A stretch of 64,000 nt of DNA from an uncultured Methylomirabilota bacterium (GTDB lineage Bacteria > Methylomirabilota > Methylomirabilia > Methylomirabilales > 2-02-FULL-66-22): the NCBI GenBank assembly GCA_963705305.1, contig OY970067.1, positions 5,376,001 to 5,440,000 on the forward strand, written 5' to 3'. Position numbers and translations under genes: made by a program. The notes under the pieces were generated by a model. The model searched no databases. It worked only from the letters and a program-made list of their open reading frames with translations, and was not told the DNA's origin. Below, in pieces: positions 46,701-56,149 of the stretch; within the stretch, counting starts at the first letter, position 1; each line of letters starts with the position of its first letter.

Positions 46701-47783
46701 CTATCGCTGAATGCGCGCCGAGCCCCCCTTGGCGAAGGCCCGCACCTGCTCGACCGTTGCCATAGTAGTGTCGCCTGGGAAGGTGGTGATCAGGGCGCCG
46801 TGCGCCCATCCCAGCTTCACCGCCTCGTCCGGCGGCTCGCCCGTGAGCAGGCCGTAGAAGAGCCCGGCCGCGAAGCCATCCCCCCCGCCCACGCGGTCGT
46901 ATATATCCAGCTCGCAGGTCGGGGCGACGTGGGTCTTGCCGTTGATCCAGGCCACCGCGCTCCAGCTGTGCCGGTTCGTGGAGTGGACCTCGCGGAGGGT
47001 CGTGGCGACGATTTTGACCTGGGGGTGCAGCTCCACCACTCGATCGATCATCCCGAAGAAGGCGCTGGGGTCGAGCTTGGACTTGGCGGCAACCTCCGGC
47101 CCGGGAATGCCCAGCCCTTTCTGGAGGTCCTCCTCGTTTCCGACCAGCACGTCCACATTCTTCACGATGCGCCCGATCACTTTCACCGCGTGCTCATTGC
47201 CCCCCTGGAAGCTCCATAGCTTCTCCCGGAAGTTTAGGTCGAAGGAGACCACGGCCCCGGCAGCCTTGGCCGCCTGCATCCCCTCGATGATCACCTCCGG
47301 CGTCGTCGGCGAGAGGGCCGCGAAGATCCCGCCGCTGTGGAACCAGCGCACGCCGCCCGCGAAGATCGTCTTCCAATCGAAGTCGCCCGCCTTCAGCCGC
47401 CCCGCCGCCTCGTTGGAGCGGTTGTAGAATACCACCGGTGCCCGCACCCCCTGGCCGCGGTCGCTGTAGACCGTGGCGATGTTCGGACCGGACACTCCGT
47501 CGTGCTTGAACCGCTTGTAGAAGCCCCTGACGCCCATCGCCCTTACCCGCTCGGCGACGAGATCCCCGATCGGATAGTCAACCATCGCCGTCGCGATGCC
47601 GGTCTGAAGACGGAAGCAGTCCGCCAGGTTGGCGGCCACGTTGAACTCGCCGCCGCTCACGTGAATCTGGCACTCGGCGGCCTTGCGGAAGGGGATGATC
47701 CCCGGGTCCAGGCGGTGAATCATGGCACCGACCGACACGAAGTCCAATGCGCCTTCCTTCCGGATGTTCAGACCGTAGTCCAT
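46701..47783 (-). CDS. kdgK: PfkB sugar kinase, probable 2-dehydro-3-deoxygluconokinase
   Basis: GGEFNVA, WFHSGGI, SFDLNFREKLW, GNEED, DRVGGGDGF, TFPGD. Confidence 0.85.
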   Translation of the reverse strand: MDYGLNIRKEGALDFVSVGAMIHRLDPGIIPFRKAAECQIHVSGGEFNVAANLADCFRLQTGIATAMVDYPIGDLVAERVRAMGVRGFYKRFKHDGVSGPNIATVYSDRGQGVRAPVVFYNRSNEAAGRLKAGDFDWKTIFAGGVRWFHSGGIFAALSPTTPEVIIEGMQAAKAAGAVVSFDLNFREKLWSFQGGNEHAVKVIGRIVKNVDVLVGNEEDLQKGLGIPGPEVAAKSKLDPSAFFGMIDRVVELHPQVKIVATTLREVHSTNRHSWSAVAWINGKTHVAPTCELDIYDRVGGGDGFAAGLFYGLLTGEPPDEAVKLGWAHGALITTFPGDTTMATVEQVRAFAKGGSARIQR

Positions 47784-48261
47784 GCGTTTCTCCCTTGTCC
47801 CTGCATTGCTGGTTTGGTGGATATCTCGAGCCCCATTTCACCTCGGCCCATGGCCCCTTCCGCCCTCGCCGGTCCCCTCCTCGCCTTCTCGCGCCGTCGC
47901 CCGGAGGGTCGGCCAATCCCGTGGACAGGGCCCGGTCCACCGGCGGCGGCCCGGAGGCCGTAGACAAGGCAAAAAGCATGCCGCAGCCGGGGCGGGCGTG
48001 TCAAGCCGAAACGGCTCGCAAAGCCGCATCCGAAGACGGGAACTACTGCAAGCTCCCCGGCCTGCCGCCTGCGACCTGTAAGCGTTGGCCCTTCTACATC
48101 ACGGAGGCGCGGAGACTGAACTCTCGGAGGAAAATGTGCTCATCAGAAGGCCGGATCGAGGTGAAGTGGCTCGCGGCCGGTGGCTGCCAGGAACGCGCAG
48201 GCCGAAACGGCACCTCCCTGCAACCCGGCAGTCCCGCCAGGCCGGGACGCCCCTCGCCCCT

Positions 48262-49527
48262 CTACAGGTTCCGCTGCTCGTCGGACACGCCGCTTTCGCC
48301 CATGATGGTGAAGCTGGCCACGGCGGCGACCATCCCGGGAAGCAGGGCCCACGGATTGCCACTGCTTTCCGCGATGAAGGCCACGGCGGCGACGGGGGCG
48401 CGGTACCCGGCCCCGAGAAACGCCGCCAGCCCGATCAGCGGATAGAGCGACCCCGTCGGCCCCTGCAGGATGTGCGAAAAGGCTGTGCCCAGAATCATTC
48501 CCATGGCCGCCAGGGGGAAGAAGATGCCCCCCGTCCCACCGCCGGCAAACGTGAAGGCCGTCGCAACGGCCTTGGCCGCCAGAAGGATCATGAGCAGCCA
48601 CAGCGGATCCCGGTGCACCAGCAGATGATGCATGAGCCTGTACCCTGGCCCAAAGAGGTAAGGCTCGCCGAATAGGATGAAGATCAACACCGTCAGCAGG
48701 CCCACGATACCTCCCGCAATCAAGGGCCGCATGGTGCCGGGCATGTCGACCATCCATCGCCTGGCGGTATGGTGCAACCAGGAAAACGCCCGGGCCCCGA
48801 AGCCGCAGCAGACTCCCAGGATGGCGGCCATGATCATGTCCTGGGTGGCGTAGCCGTGCGGGCCGGGATGCTCGAAGATGTGCTCGGTCCCCCCCAGCAG
48901 CACGGAGGTCACATAGCTCGACGCGGAGGCCAGCAGCGTCGGGACCAGGACCCTGCCGCGCACGCTATCCCTGTATGGGACTTCGACGGCAAAGATGATG
49001 CCGGTCAGCGGCGCCTTGAAGATGGCGGAAAGGCCCGCCGCCGCCCCGGCCACCATGAGCATCTTGGAGTCTTCCAGGGGAAAGTAGCGGTTGAAACGGA
49101 TTTGCAGCCACTCGCCGAGGGTGGCTCCCATGAATATGGAGGGGCCCTCCAGGCCGACGCTGCCCCCGAAGATGCTGGTGATGAACGAAGAGAACGCCTT
49201 GCCAGGCAGATTGCGCATGGGCATGGTCCGGTTGGGCTCATGGTAGGCCGCAATGAAGTCCTCCGTGAGCTCCCCTTCCCGGGTCGGCACCAGATACCGG
49301 ATGCAGAGGCAGGACAGGACAAGTCCGATCGCGGGCAACACCAGATACAAGCCCCAGTGGCGCGTCTCGTACAGGATGGGCTCCACCAGGTCCCGCACCA
49401 GGTACTGGAAGAGGGCAACCATGAGGCCCGTGCCCACCCCGGTGGCGACGGAAAGCACCACCCAGCGCAGCAGGCGCTCGCGATGGGCTTTCAGGGCCCG
49501 GTTCGCCTCCAGAAGAGTTACGGGCAT
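48262..49527 (-). CDS. ClC-family chloride channel/antiporter
   Basis: GGSVGLEGP, AGAAAGLSAIFKAP, GGTGGIFFP, many TM helices. ATG 49527 after GAGGGGG. Confidence 0.92.
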   Translation of the reverse strand: MPVTLLEANRALKAHRERLLRWVVLSVATGVGTGLMVALFQYLVRDLVEPILYETRHWGLYLVLPAIGLVLSCLCIRYLVPTREGELTEDFIAAYHEPNRTMPMRNLPGKAFSSFITSIFGGSVGLEGPSIFMGATLGEWLQIRFNRYFPLEDSKMLMVAGAAAGLSAIFKAPLTGIIFAVEVPYRDSVRGRVLVPTLLASASSYVTSVLLGGTEHIFEHPGPHGYATQDMIMAAILGVCCGFGARAFSWLHHTARRWMVDMPGTMRPLIAGGIVGLLTVLIFILFGEPYLFGPGYRLMHHLLVHRDPLWLLMILLAAKAVATAFTFAGGGTGGIFFPLAAMGMILGTAFSHILQGPTGSLYPLIGLAAFLGAGYRAPVAAVAFIAESSGNPWALLPGMVAAVASFTIMGESGVSDEQRNL

Positions 49528-49996
49528 CGTCGCACCCCCTCGACTCCTTGCGGCCGATCGGATGGCGGACCGACTCTCGCGCGACACACGGCGGACACAG
49601 CCGCCCTTCGATCCGCGGCCCCCGAAAGGATCGGCGGAACGAACCCGGGAAGTCTTCTCATGGGAACGCAACAGGAAGTGGCTTCCGGGTGAGCGAAGGC
49701 CGCACTGGACCGTTCCCTTTCAGGAGGAGGGTCCCGACCGAGACCACGCCGCAGTATTGTTTCAAGATGTCGCAGCAAGGGGTGCGGTGTCAAGCTGAAA
49801 TGCCCCTCCGCCCCGGCCGCAGGAGATGGCCGGGCGGCGGGCTGCGGCGGATGCCTCCTGCCGCAGCAGGGAAGCGCGCTGGAATGAAAGGCGTGCCGAG
49901 CCGGAACACCGCCCGCCCTGGCGGTCGAAAGGGGGGCTGATGCCTTACACCCGGGCTGCCGACGCCAGGCCCGAGCGGAGCTCTCAGCGGAGAGGG

Positions 49997-50548
49997 CTAC
50001 GTCCGGCCGGGAGGCGGGATTTCCATGTGCCGGTAACTCGGACGCCAGGGGCCGGTTTCCGGCAGGTACAGCTGGGCCGTGGTCAGGGTCAGCTGGCGGA
50101 TATGGGACAGATCGTGGACGACCCACTCCGCCAGGAGATTGCCCAAGGTGATCGTTCCCAGCTCCCCGTGGACCGCCTGCCGCCCCAGCTCATCCGGCAA
50201 AATCTCCCGGATGCGCTCCAGGCTTCTGGCGCGCAGCTCGATGAACCGGTCCAGCGACTTGAAGGGATCCTGGGCGGCATAGGACATCTCTGCGGCGCGC
50301 CTGTCGGGATCCATTACCGGGACGGGGTTCCCCGCGAGAATCAGCTCCACCCGCGCCTGGAAGCCCACGGCCTCGAAATCAGCGAGGTGGGCCAGAATTT
50401 CCGTCTGGGACCAGCCGCTCTCCGTGGGGCGTCGGCTCAAGAGGTCATGCGGCTGGCCGTAGATGTGGGCCCGCACGACGGCAGGGGTCCGGGTCAGCGC
50501 CTGTGCGACCACCTCCAACAGCGGTCGTCCATGCGGCAACGCCGACAT
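49997..50548 (-). CDS. DinB family protein
   Basis: WSQTEILAHLADFE...WVVHDLSHIRQ His triad. Confidence 0.88.
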   Translation of the reverse strand: MSALPHGRPLLEVVAQALTRTPAVVRAHIYGQPHDLLSRRPTESGWSQTEILAHLADFEAVGFQARVELILAGNPVPVMDPDRRAAEMSYAAQDPFKSLDRFIELRARSLERIREILPDELGRQAVHGELGTITLGNLLAEWVVHDLSHIRQLTLTTAQLYLPETGPWRPSYRHMEIPPPGRT

Positions 50549-50626
50549 GCCACACCTCCCCCTCCGTGTTGCATGCCCGGAGGCCGGCCGGCGTTCCCGC
50601 CAGCCGATTCTCCCCGGTCCGCCAGA

Positions 50627-51610
50627 TCAGCGCCCCGGAACCGGCCTGAGGGCATGCCTGGCCCGTGTGCGCATGCGCCGCCAGGACACCCCGGGGATGG
50701 CGAGTCCCTGGCACACCCAGACCCCGCTGACCGTGAGGACGCCGCCGAACAGCTGGATTCCCGTCAGGCGCTCCCCCAGGATCCACCACGCCAGCATCAC
50801 CCCGAACACAGGAGTGAGGTCGCCGAAGACGGCGGTCCGCCCCGCTCCCACGCTCTGGATCCCGAGATTCCAGAAGAACGTGGCCAGCAGCGTGCAGGCG
50901 ACCACCAGGTAGGCAATGGAGAGCCAGGTTTCCGCACCGGCCTGGACGACGGATCCCCAGGGCTGCTCCCAGACTGCCAGGGGCAGCAAGCCCGCGGTTC
51001 CGATCGCCATCGCATACGTCAGGACGGTCAGCGCGCTCAAGCGCTCCATGGCGATCTTGGAGAAATACGCGTAGGTTCCCCAGGCCAGACCGCTGAGGAT
51101 AAGCAGAGCGTCTCCCTGCAGGGCGGCCTGCGTCATGCCGGCGCTGGTGACGTCCGCCCCGGCTACCAGCGCCACACCCAGCATGCACAGGAGGATGCCG
51201 GCGATTTGGGCGCGTGTGGTCCGCTCCCCCGCCAGGCGCGCTGCCAGGTACATGGTCCAGACGGGGCTGGTGGTGGGCGAGAGGATCGCCGCATGAGTCG
51301 CCGGCGCGGACACGAGGCCGAGGTAGAAAAAGACCTGGTTGAGCGCGATCCCGATGAGTCCCGCCCCCAGGAGATACCGCCACTCCCGCCGGGACAGCTC
51401 CGGCCACGTCGAAATCTCGCGCCCGAACAGGGCCACCAGCGTCAGCGCTGCCGCGCCGTAGCGAAGGACCCCGATCGTCATTGGGGGGATCTGCCGGAGC
51501 GCCAGTTTTCCGGCGACGGGCGATCCGCCCCACAAGGCCACCCCCAGCAGGATCAACAGGTAGATCTGGAGGGAGGAAAGAGACTTCACGTGCCGGTCAG
51601 CGGCGAACAC
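50627..51610 (-). CDS. DMT/EamA family transporter
   Basis: Ten-TM two-repeat pattern, LWGGS, R..A, PVW, GER; GAGAGGA RBS. Confidence 0.92.
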   Translation of the reverse strand: MFAADRHVKSLSSLQIYLLILLGVALWGGSPVAGKLALRQIPPMTIGVLRYGAAALTLVALFGREISTWPELSRREWRYLLGAGLIGIALNQVFFYLGLVSAPATHAAILSPTTSPVWTMYLAARLAGERTTRAQIAGILLCMLGVALVAGADVTSAGMTQAALQGDALLILSGLAWGTYAYFSKIAMERLSALTVLTYAMAIGTAGLLPLAVWEQPWGSVVQAGAETWLSIAYLVVACTLLATFFWNLGIQSVGAGRTAVFGDLTPVFGVMLAWWILGERLTGIQLFGGVLTVSGVWVCQGLAIPGVSWRRMRTRARHALRPVPGR

Positions 51611-51756
51611 GATCTGTTCCTCTCGCCCCGCAACATTGCCGTAGCCGCGGCCGATTCTTCCCTGTTGACGCTAGGACGCCGCTCCGGCGCCGTCAAGGAA
51701 AAACCTCCGCCGGGTTGGCGGCGGTGCGAGGCGCAGGCCGGGGCCTCCCCGCTCGA

Positions 51757-52632
51757 TCAGGCTGGCAGGCTCCCCAACAGGTCACTGCTCAGCGTCCCCA
51801 CGCAGATCTCCGAGGCCGGGCCGGTCAGGACCAGATCCCAGCTGTTCGTCACGCTGACGGCCAGTTCCCCCCCCGGACTCTCGATGATCAGGCGACGGTC
51901 CGTGAAGCCGTTCTTCACACAGGCCGAGGCGACGGCGCAGGAGCTGGTGCCCGATGCCAGGGTGTAGCCGGCCCCCCGCTCCCAGATCAGGATGGACACC
52001 CGCTCCCGGGAGAGCACGTGCGCGAACTGCACGTTGATGCGGTTGGGAAAGCTGGGGTGGTGTTCGATCCGGGGGCCGAGGCGCCGCACCGTGTTCTCGT
52101 CCAGACGATCGGTGAAGACGACGCAGTGCGGATTGCCGACGGAGACGGCAGTCACCGTGAGCCACTCTCCCTCCACATCCAGCGGCTCCCCCACGACCTC
52201 GCGCCGGGGGCCGGCCACCGGGATCTCGGAGCTGACAAAAGTCGCCCGCCCCATGTCCATGGTGATCGCCCGCACCTGATCGCCGTCCACCTGTAGTCGA
52301 GCGGATGTGACTCCCCCCAGCGTGGAGATCGTGAACTCCGTGGCGGCGGCGTACCCGTGATCGTAGAGGAACTTGGCCAGGATGCGAAGCCCGTTGCCGC
52401 TCTTCTCGGCCTCCCCGCCGTCGGGATTGAAAATCCGGACGCCGAAATCCGCCCCGCTGCCCCGCGTGAGCAGCAGGATGCCGTCGGAGCCGACCCCGAA
52501 GTGCGGGTCGCAGATCCTCCGGACGGCCTCCGGGGTGATGGGCCGGGAAAGCTGAGCCTCATCCAGGACGATGTAATCGTTCCCGAGCGCGTGGGATTTT
52601 GCGAACTGGTGCAAGCCTAGCTGCGTTTTCAT
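51757..52632 (-). CDS. dapF: Diaminopimelate epimerase homolog with Ser at both catalytic Cys positions
   Basis: KSHALGNDY, FGVGSDG, NPDGGEAEKSGNG, GNPHCV, NVQF, ERGAGYTLASGTS. Confidence 0.8.
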   Translation of the reverse strand: MKTQLGLHQFAKSHALGNDYIVLDEAQLSRPITPEAVRRICDPHFGVGSDGILLLTRGSGADFGVRIFNPDGGEAEKSGNGLRILAKFLYDHGYAAATEFTISTLGGVTSARLQVDGDQVRAITMDMGRATFVSSEIPVAGPRREVVGEPLDVEGEWLTVTAVSVGNPHCVVFTDRLDENTVRRLGPRIEHHPSFPNRINVQFAHVLSRERVSILIWERGAGYTLASGTSSCAVASACVKNGFTDRRLIIESPGGELAVSVTNSWDLVLTGPASEICVGTLSSDLLGSLPA

Positions 52633-52932
52633 GAGAGGCATCCTCGTCTGGTGTGTCGGGTCTCTGCATCCGGCACAGGGCCAAGGTGGCAACCGGCCGA
52701 AACCCGAGGCAGGACACTAGCCGATCGGGCGCCGTCCCGTCAACCGGGAACCTCCGGCCCAACTGCGCCTGTCACGTCGGCGTGGCTTCGCCGTGGGGAC
52801 GTGGTTTCCCGGCCGCACGCACTTGGCCGGCCGGAGCGATTGTGGACCGCTGCGGGAGCGGCCTCCACCGCCCTAAACTCCTTGCATTGCGGGGGGGCTC
52901 TACTATACTTGTGGGCGATTTTCGAGGAGAAG

Positions 52933-54012
52933 ATGCCGCAGGTTGCCGCGTATATCACCGGTCATGGATTCGGGCACGCCACCCGGATGGCCGCCGTCCT
53001 GGCGGCGCTGGCCCGGCGGGTGCCAGGACTACGCGTCAGCCTGATCTCGCCCGCGCCGGAGTGGCTGTTCCGCTCGAACCTTGGCCTCCCCTTCGAATAC
53101 CGCCCCCAGGCGCTGGATGTCGGGGTCATCCAGCAGGATTCCCTGCATCTGGATGCCGGCGCCACTCTCGAGGCCTATGCGCAATTCCTCGACGGGCAGG
53201 CGACCATCCTGGCCAGGGAGGAAGCGGCCCTCCGCCGCAGCCGGCCGGATCTTCTCCTGGCCGATATTCCACCCGCCGCGTTCACCCTGGCGGCCCGCCT
53301 GGGCGTACCCGGCGTCGGCATCAGCAACTTTACCTGGGATTGGATCTACGCCGACTATGTCCGGCGGTTTCCGGATTACGCCCCGATTGTGGACGCCATC
53401 CGGCACGCCTACGCGCAGGCCGATCTGCTCCTGCGCCTGCCCTTCCACGGGCCCTGCGACGCCTTCAAGTCCGTGCGCGACATCCCCATGATCGCCCGCC
53501 GCGCCGAGCGGCCCCGGGACGAGATCAGGCGCACGCTGGGCCTGGATGGCTCGCGGCCGATGATCCTGTTATCCTTCGGCGGATTCGAGCTGGGAGGGGT
53601 TGACTTCCGCCGCGTGGGGGAACTGCGCGAATACCGGTTCGTCGTCACGCAGGCCCCGCCGCAGCCGCCGGACAACATCCGCGTCGTGCGAAACGGCAGC
53701 CTGCCGTATGTCGAGCTGGTGGCCGCGGCCGACGCGGTGATCACCAAGCCGGGCTACGGGATCGTGTCCGACTGCCTGGCCAACCGAACCCCGGTGCTGT
53801 ACACATCTCGCGGAGAGTTTGCTGAGTACGCCCCGCTGGTCGCGGGGCTGGAGCGGTACGGCGTCGCCGCCTTCATCGACAACCGGGATCTGCTGGCGGG
53901 CAACTGGCGGGACGGCCTGGGGGCGCTCCTCTCGAGGGAGCCCCACTGGCCCGAGCTGCCGGCACGCGGCGCCGAGGCGGCGGCGCAGATCCTGGGCGAA
54001 TACCTGGACTGA
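52933..54012 (+). CDS. GT-B fold glycosyltransferase-like protein (resembles the L-arabinokinase N-terminal domain)
   Basis: YITGHGFGHATR, ADIPP, SNFTWDWIY, LSFGG, ITKPGYG, RGEFAE. Confidence 0.75.
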   Translation: MPQVAAYITGHGFGHATRMAAVLAALARRVPGLRVSLISPAPEWLFRSNLGLPFEYRPQALDVGVIQQDSLHLDAGATLEAYAQFLDGQATILAREEAALRRSRPDLLLADIPPAAFTLAARLGVPGVGISNFTWDWIYADYVRRFPDYAPIVDAIRHAYAQADLLLRLPFHGPCDAFKSVRDIPMIARRAERPRDEIRRTLGLDGSRPMILLSFGGFELGGVDFRRVGELREYRFVVTQAPPQPPDNIRVVRNGSLPYVELVAAADAVITKPGYGIVSDCLANRTPVLYTSRGEFAEYAPLVAGLERYGVAAFIDNRDLLAGNWRDGLGALLSREPHWPELPARGAEAAAQILGEYLD

Positions 54013-54067
54013 GGCGGGAGGGGCGAGGCCTCCCATACGCTCACTGTTCACTTTGAGGAGACGCGCC

Positions 54068-54475
54068 ATGCCCACAGCAGCCGAAGGGCGGAGTAATGCC
54101 GTTCTGGTGATCGACGACCAGGTATTCTTCCATACCATGCTCCGGAATACGCTCGAGCAGCATGGTTTCCAGGTTCAGACCGCCAGCAGCGGGAAAGAGG
54201 GATTGAAAATGGCCAGGCAGCACAAGCCTGACCTCATTCTCCTGGATATCGAGATGCCGGAGATGGACGGGTTCGCCGTCTGCCAGGAGCTGAAGAAGGA
54301 CCCGGCCCTCAAGGCCATCCCGGTCGTCATCCTGACGGCGACCAACGATACCAAGTTGAATGAGAAAGCGTTCCAGGCGGGGGCCACGATCACCGCGTCC
54401 AAGACCGTGTCGGGTGATCGGCTGATCAACACCCTGCGGCTGGCGCTGCTCAAGACCAAATCGCCAGGAGCGTAA
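54068..54475 (+). CDS. Single-domain response regulator
   Basis: VIDD, LLDIEMPEMDG, ILTA, SK; GAGGAG RBS. Confidence 0.92.
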   Translation: MPTAAEGRSNAVLVIDDQVFFHTMLRNTLEQHGFQVQTASSGKEGLKMARQHKPDLILLDIEMPEMDGFAVCQELKKDPALKAIPVVILTATNDTKLNEKAFQAGATITASKTVSGDRLINTLRLALLKTKSPGA

Positions 54476-54636
54476 GGGCCGCCCCGTCCTCCGGGCGGGC
54501 TGCGGCCCGGCCTCGTCGGAGGCGAGACGGGCAGGCGCCGGAAGGCGGCACACGCTCTGCGGTTGTCACTCTTGCGTGGCGGGAGGGCCGTTCTGCGCCT
54601 CAGTCGGAAGCGCCCCCGCAAAGAAAGGAGCAGGCC

Positions 54637-55935
54637 GTGGGACTGCTAGCGAAGCGAACCGGACTCATCGATACCGAGAATGCCTTCAAGGTCGGCCCCT
54701 ACATCCGCGCCCTTGAAGACCAGGGCAAGAAGGTCATCAAGTGCAACCTGGGCGAGCCGGATTTTCCCCTCCCGCAGTTCATGAAGGACGAGGTGAAGCG
54801 GCAGATCGACCTGGACAACACACACTACTGCGACCCCCAGGGGATCCTCCCCCTCCGCAAGGCGATCGCCAAGCATTTCAGCGACACCCGGTCCATTCCG
54901 GCGACGCCGGACCGGATCGTCGTCTTCCCCGGCGCCAAGCCCCCCATCGGACTCTGCCAGCAAACCTACTGCGACCCCGGGGACGAGGTGGTCTATCCCA
55001 GCCCGGGATTCCCCATCTACGAGTCCTTCATCGCCTACGTGGGGGCCCAGCCCGTGCCGGTGCACCTCAAGGAAGAGCAGAACTTCGCCCTCTCGGGAAA
55101 AGAGCTGGCGCCCCACCTCTCCAGGAAGACGAAGCTGGTCTACCTGAACTTCCCCTCCAACCCGACCGGCGGGGTGGCCTCCCAGGCCCAGCTCCGGGAG
55201 ATCGCCGAGGTCATCCAGGCGCAGTGCCAGGACGACGTGCGGGTATATTCTGACGAGGTGTACGAGGACATCCTCTTCGACGGCAGCCAGCACCAAAGCA
55301 TCATCTCCTGCCCCGGCATGGAGCGGCGCACCATCCTGGTCAGCGGCGCCTCCAAGAGCTATTCCTGGACGGGCGGCCGCATCGGCTGGGCCCTGTTCCC
55401 GACGGCGGAGGAGGCCGGGATCTTCCGCAACCTGAACATCAACTACTTCTCCTGCATTCCCGCCTACAACCAGGAGGGAGCCCGGCTGGGCCTGGAGTCC
55501 CCGCAGAGCCGCGAGGCCATCGGCCGGATGGTCGCCACCTTCCAGAAGCGGCGCGACCTGGTGGTGGCGGGACTGAACGCCATCGAGGGCATCCGCTGCC
55601 AGAATCCCAAGGGAGCGTTCTACGTCTTCCCCAACATCGCGGGCGTCTGCCGGCGCCTGGGCGTGATGGAGGCATTCGAGAGCCTGCCGCCCGAGATCCG
55701 GACGCGGACGAGCCCCTCGACGCTGTTCCAGTTGTTCCTGCTCTTCGAGTATCAGGTTGCAACGCTGGATCGGAAGTCCTTCGGACGGATCGGGACGGAA
55801 CAGCTGCACTACCTGCGCATCTCCATCGCCACGGAGACGGAGGAGCTCCGCGAAGGGGTGCGGCGGATTGGGGCGGCGGCCGAGGATCGGGAGGGCTTTC
55901 GGGCCTTCTTTGGCCGCGGCGAGCACCTGGCCTAG
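54637..55935 (+). CDS. PLP-dependent aminotransferase class I/II
   Basis: GEPDF, NFPSNPTGG, SDEVY, SKSYSWTGGRIG (PLP Lys), GAFYVFPN. Confidence 0.93.
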   Translation: MGLLAKRTGLIDTENAFKVGPYIRALEDQGKKVIKCNLGEPDFPLPQFMKDEVKRQIDLDNTHYCDPQGILPLRKAIAKHFSDTRSIPATPDRIVVFPGAKPPIGLCQQTYCDPGDEVVYPSPGFPIYESFIAYVGAQPVPVHLKEEQNFALSGKELAPHLSRKTKLVYLNFPSNPTGGVASQAQLREIAEVIQAQCQDDVRVYSDEVYEDILFDGSQHQSIISCPGMERRTILVSGASKSYSWTGGRIGWALFPTAEEAGIFRNLNINYFSCIPAYNQEGARLGLESPQSREAIGRMVATFQKRRDLVVAGLNAIEGIRCQNPKGAFYVFPNIAGVCRRLGVMEAFESLPPEIRTRTSPSTLFQLFLLFEYQVATLDRKSFGRIGTEQLHYLRISIATETEELREGVRRIGAAAEDREGFRAFFGRGEHLA

Positions 55936-56110
55936 CAGGCTGCTGAAAAAACCCATCTGCAGCGTTGGCCCGCTCGGGCACTCGCTGCGGCGTACTGGAA
56001 GTGCGCTTCACTCGGCCCCGGGTACCCATCCCGAGGGATGGGTGAGGCCGCCTTGCATCTGGGCCCTTTTGAGCAGCCTGACGCAAATTGAGCTCTTCGG
56101 TGTCCTGCTA
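55933..56110. mobile_element. MITE-like element, copy 2 (178 bp, opposite orientation)
   Basis: Starts TAGCAGGCTGCTGAAAAA and ends with a degenerate ...CCTGCTA. Internal blocks CCCATCTGCAGCGTTG and CCTTGCATCTGGGCCCTTTTGAGCAGCCTGA match copy 1 in reverse complement. Confidence 0.8.
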
Positions 56111-56149
56111 GTCCGCCGCGGCGTGCCGCGGGGTGCGGGATGGTCCCGG

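Noticed and set aside
49528..49800. Fluoride (crcB) riboswitch upstream of the ClC gene
   Set aside because: No GATGGxGTTC...GCTxATGAC pattern found, and the protein lacks the CLC-F GREGT motif.
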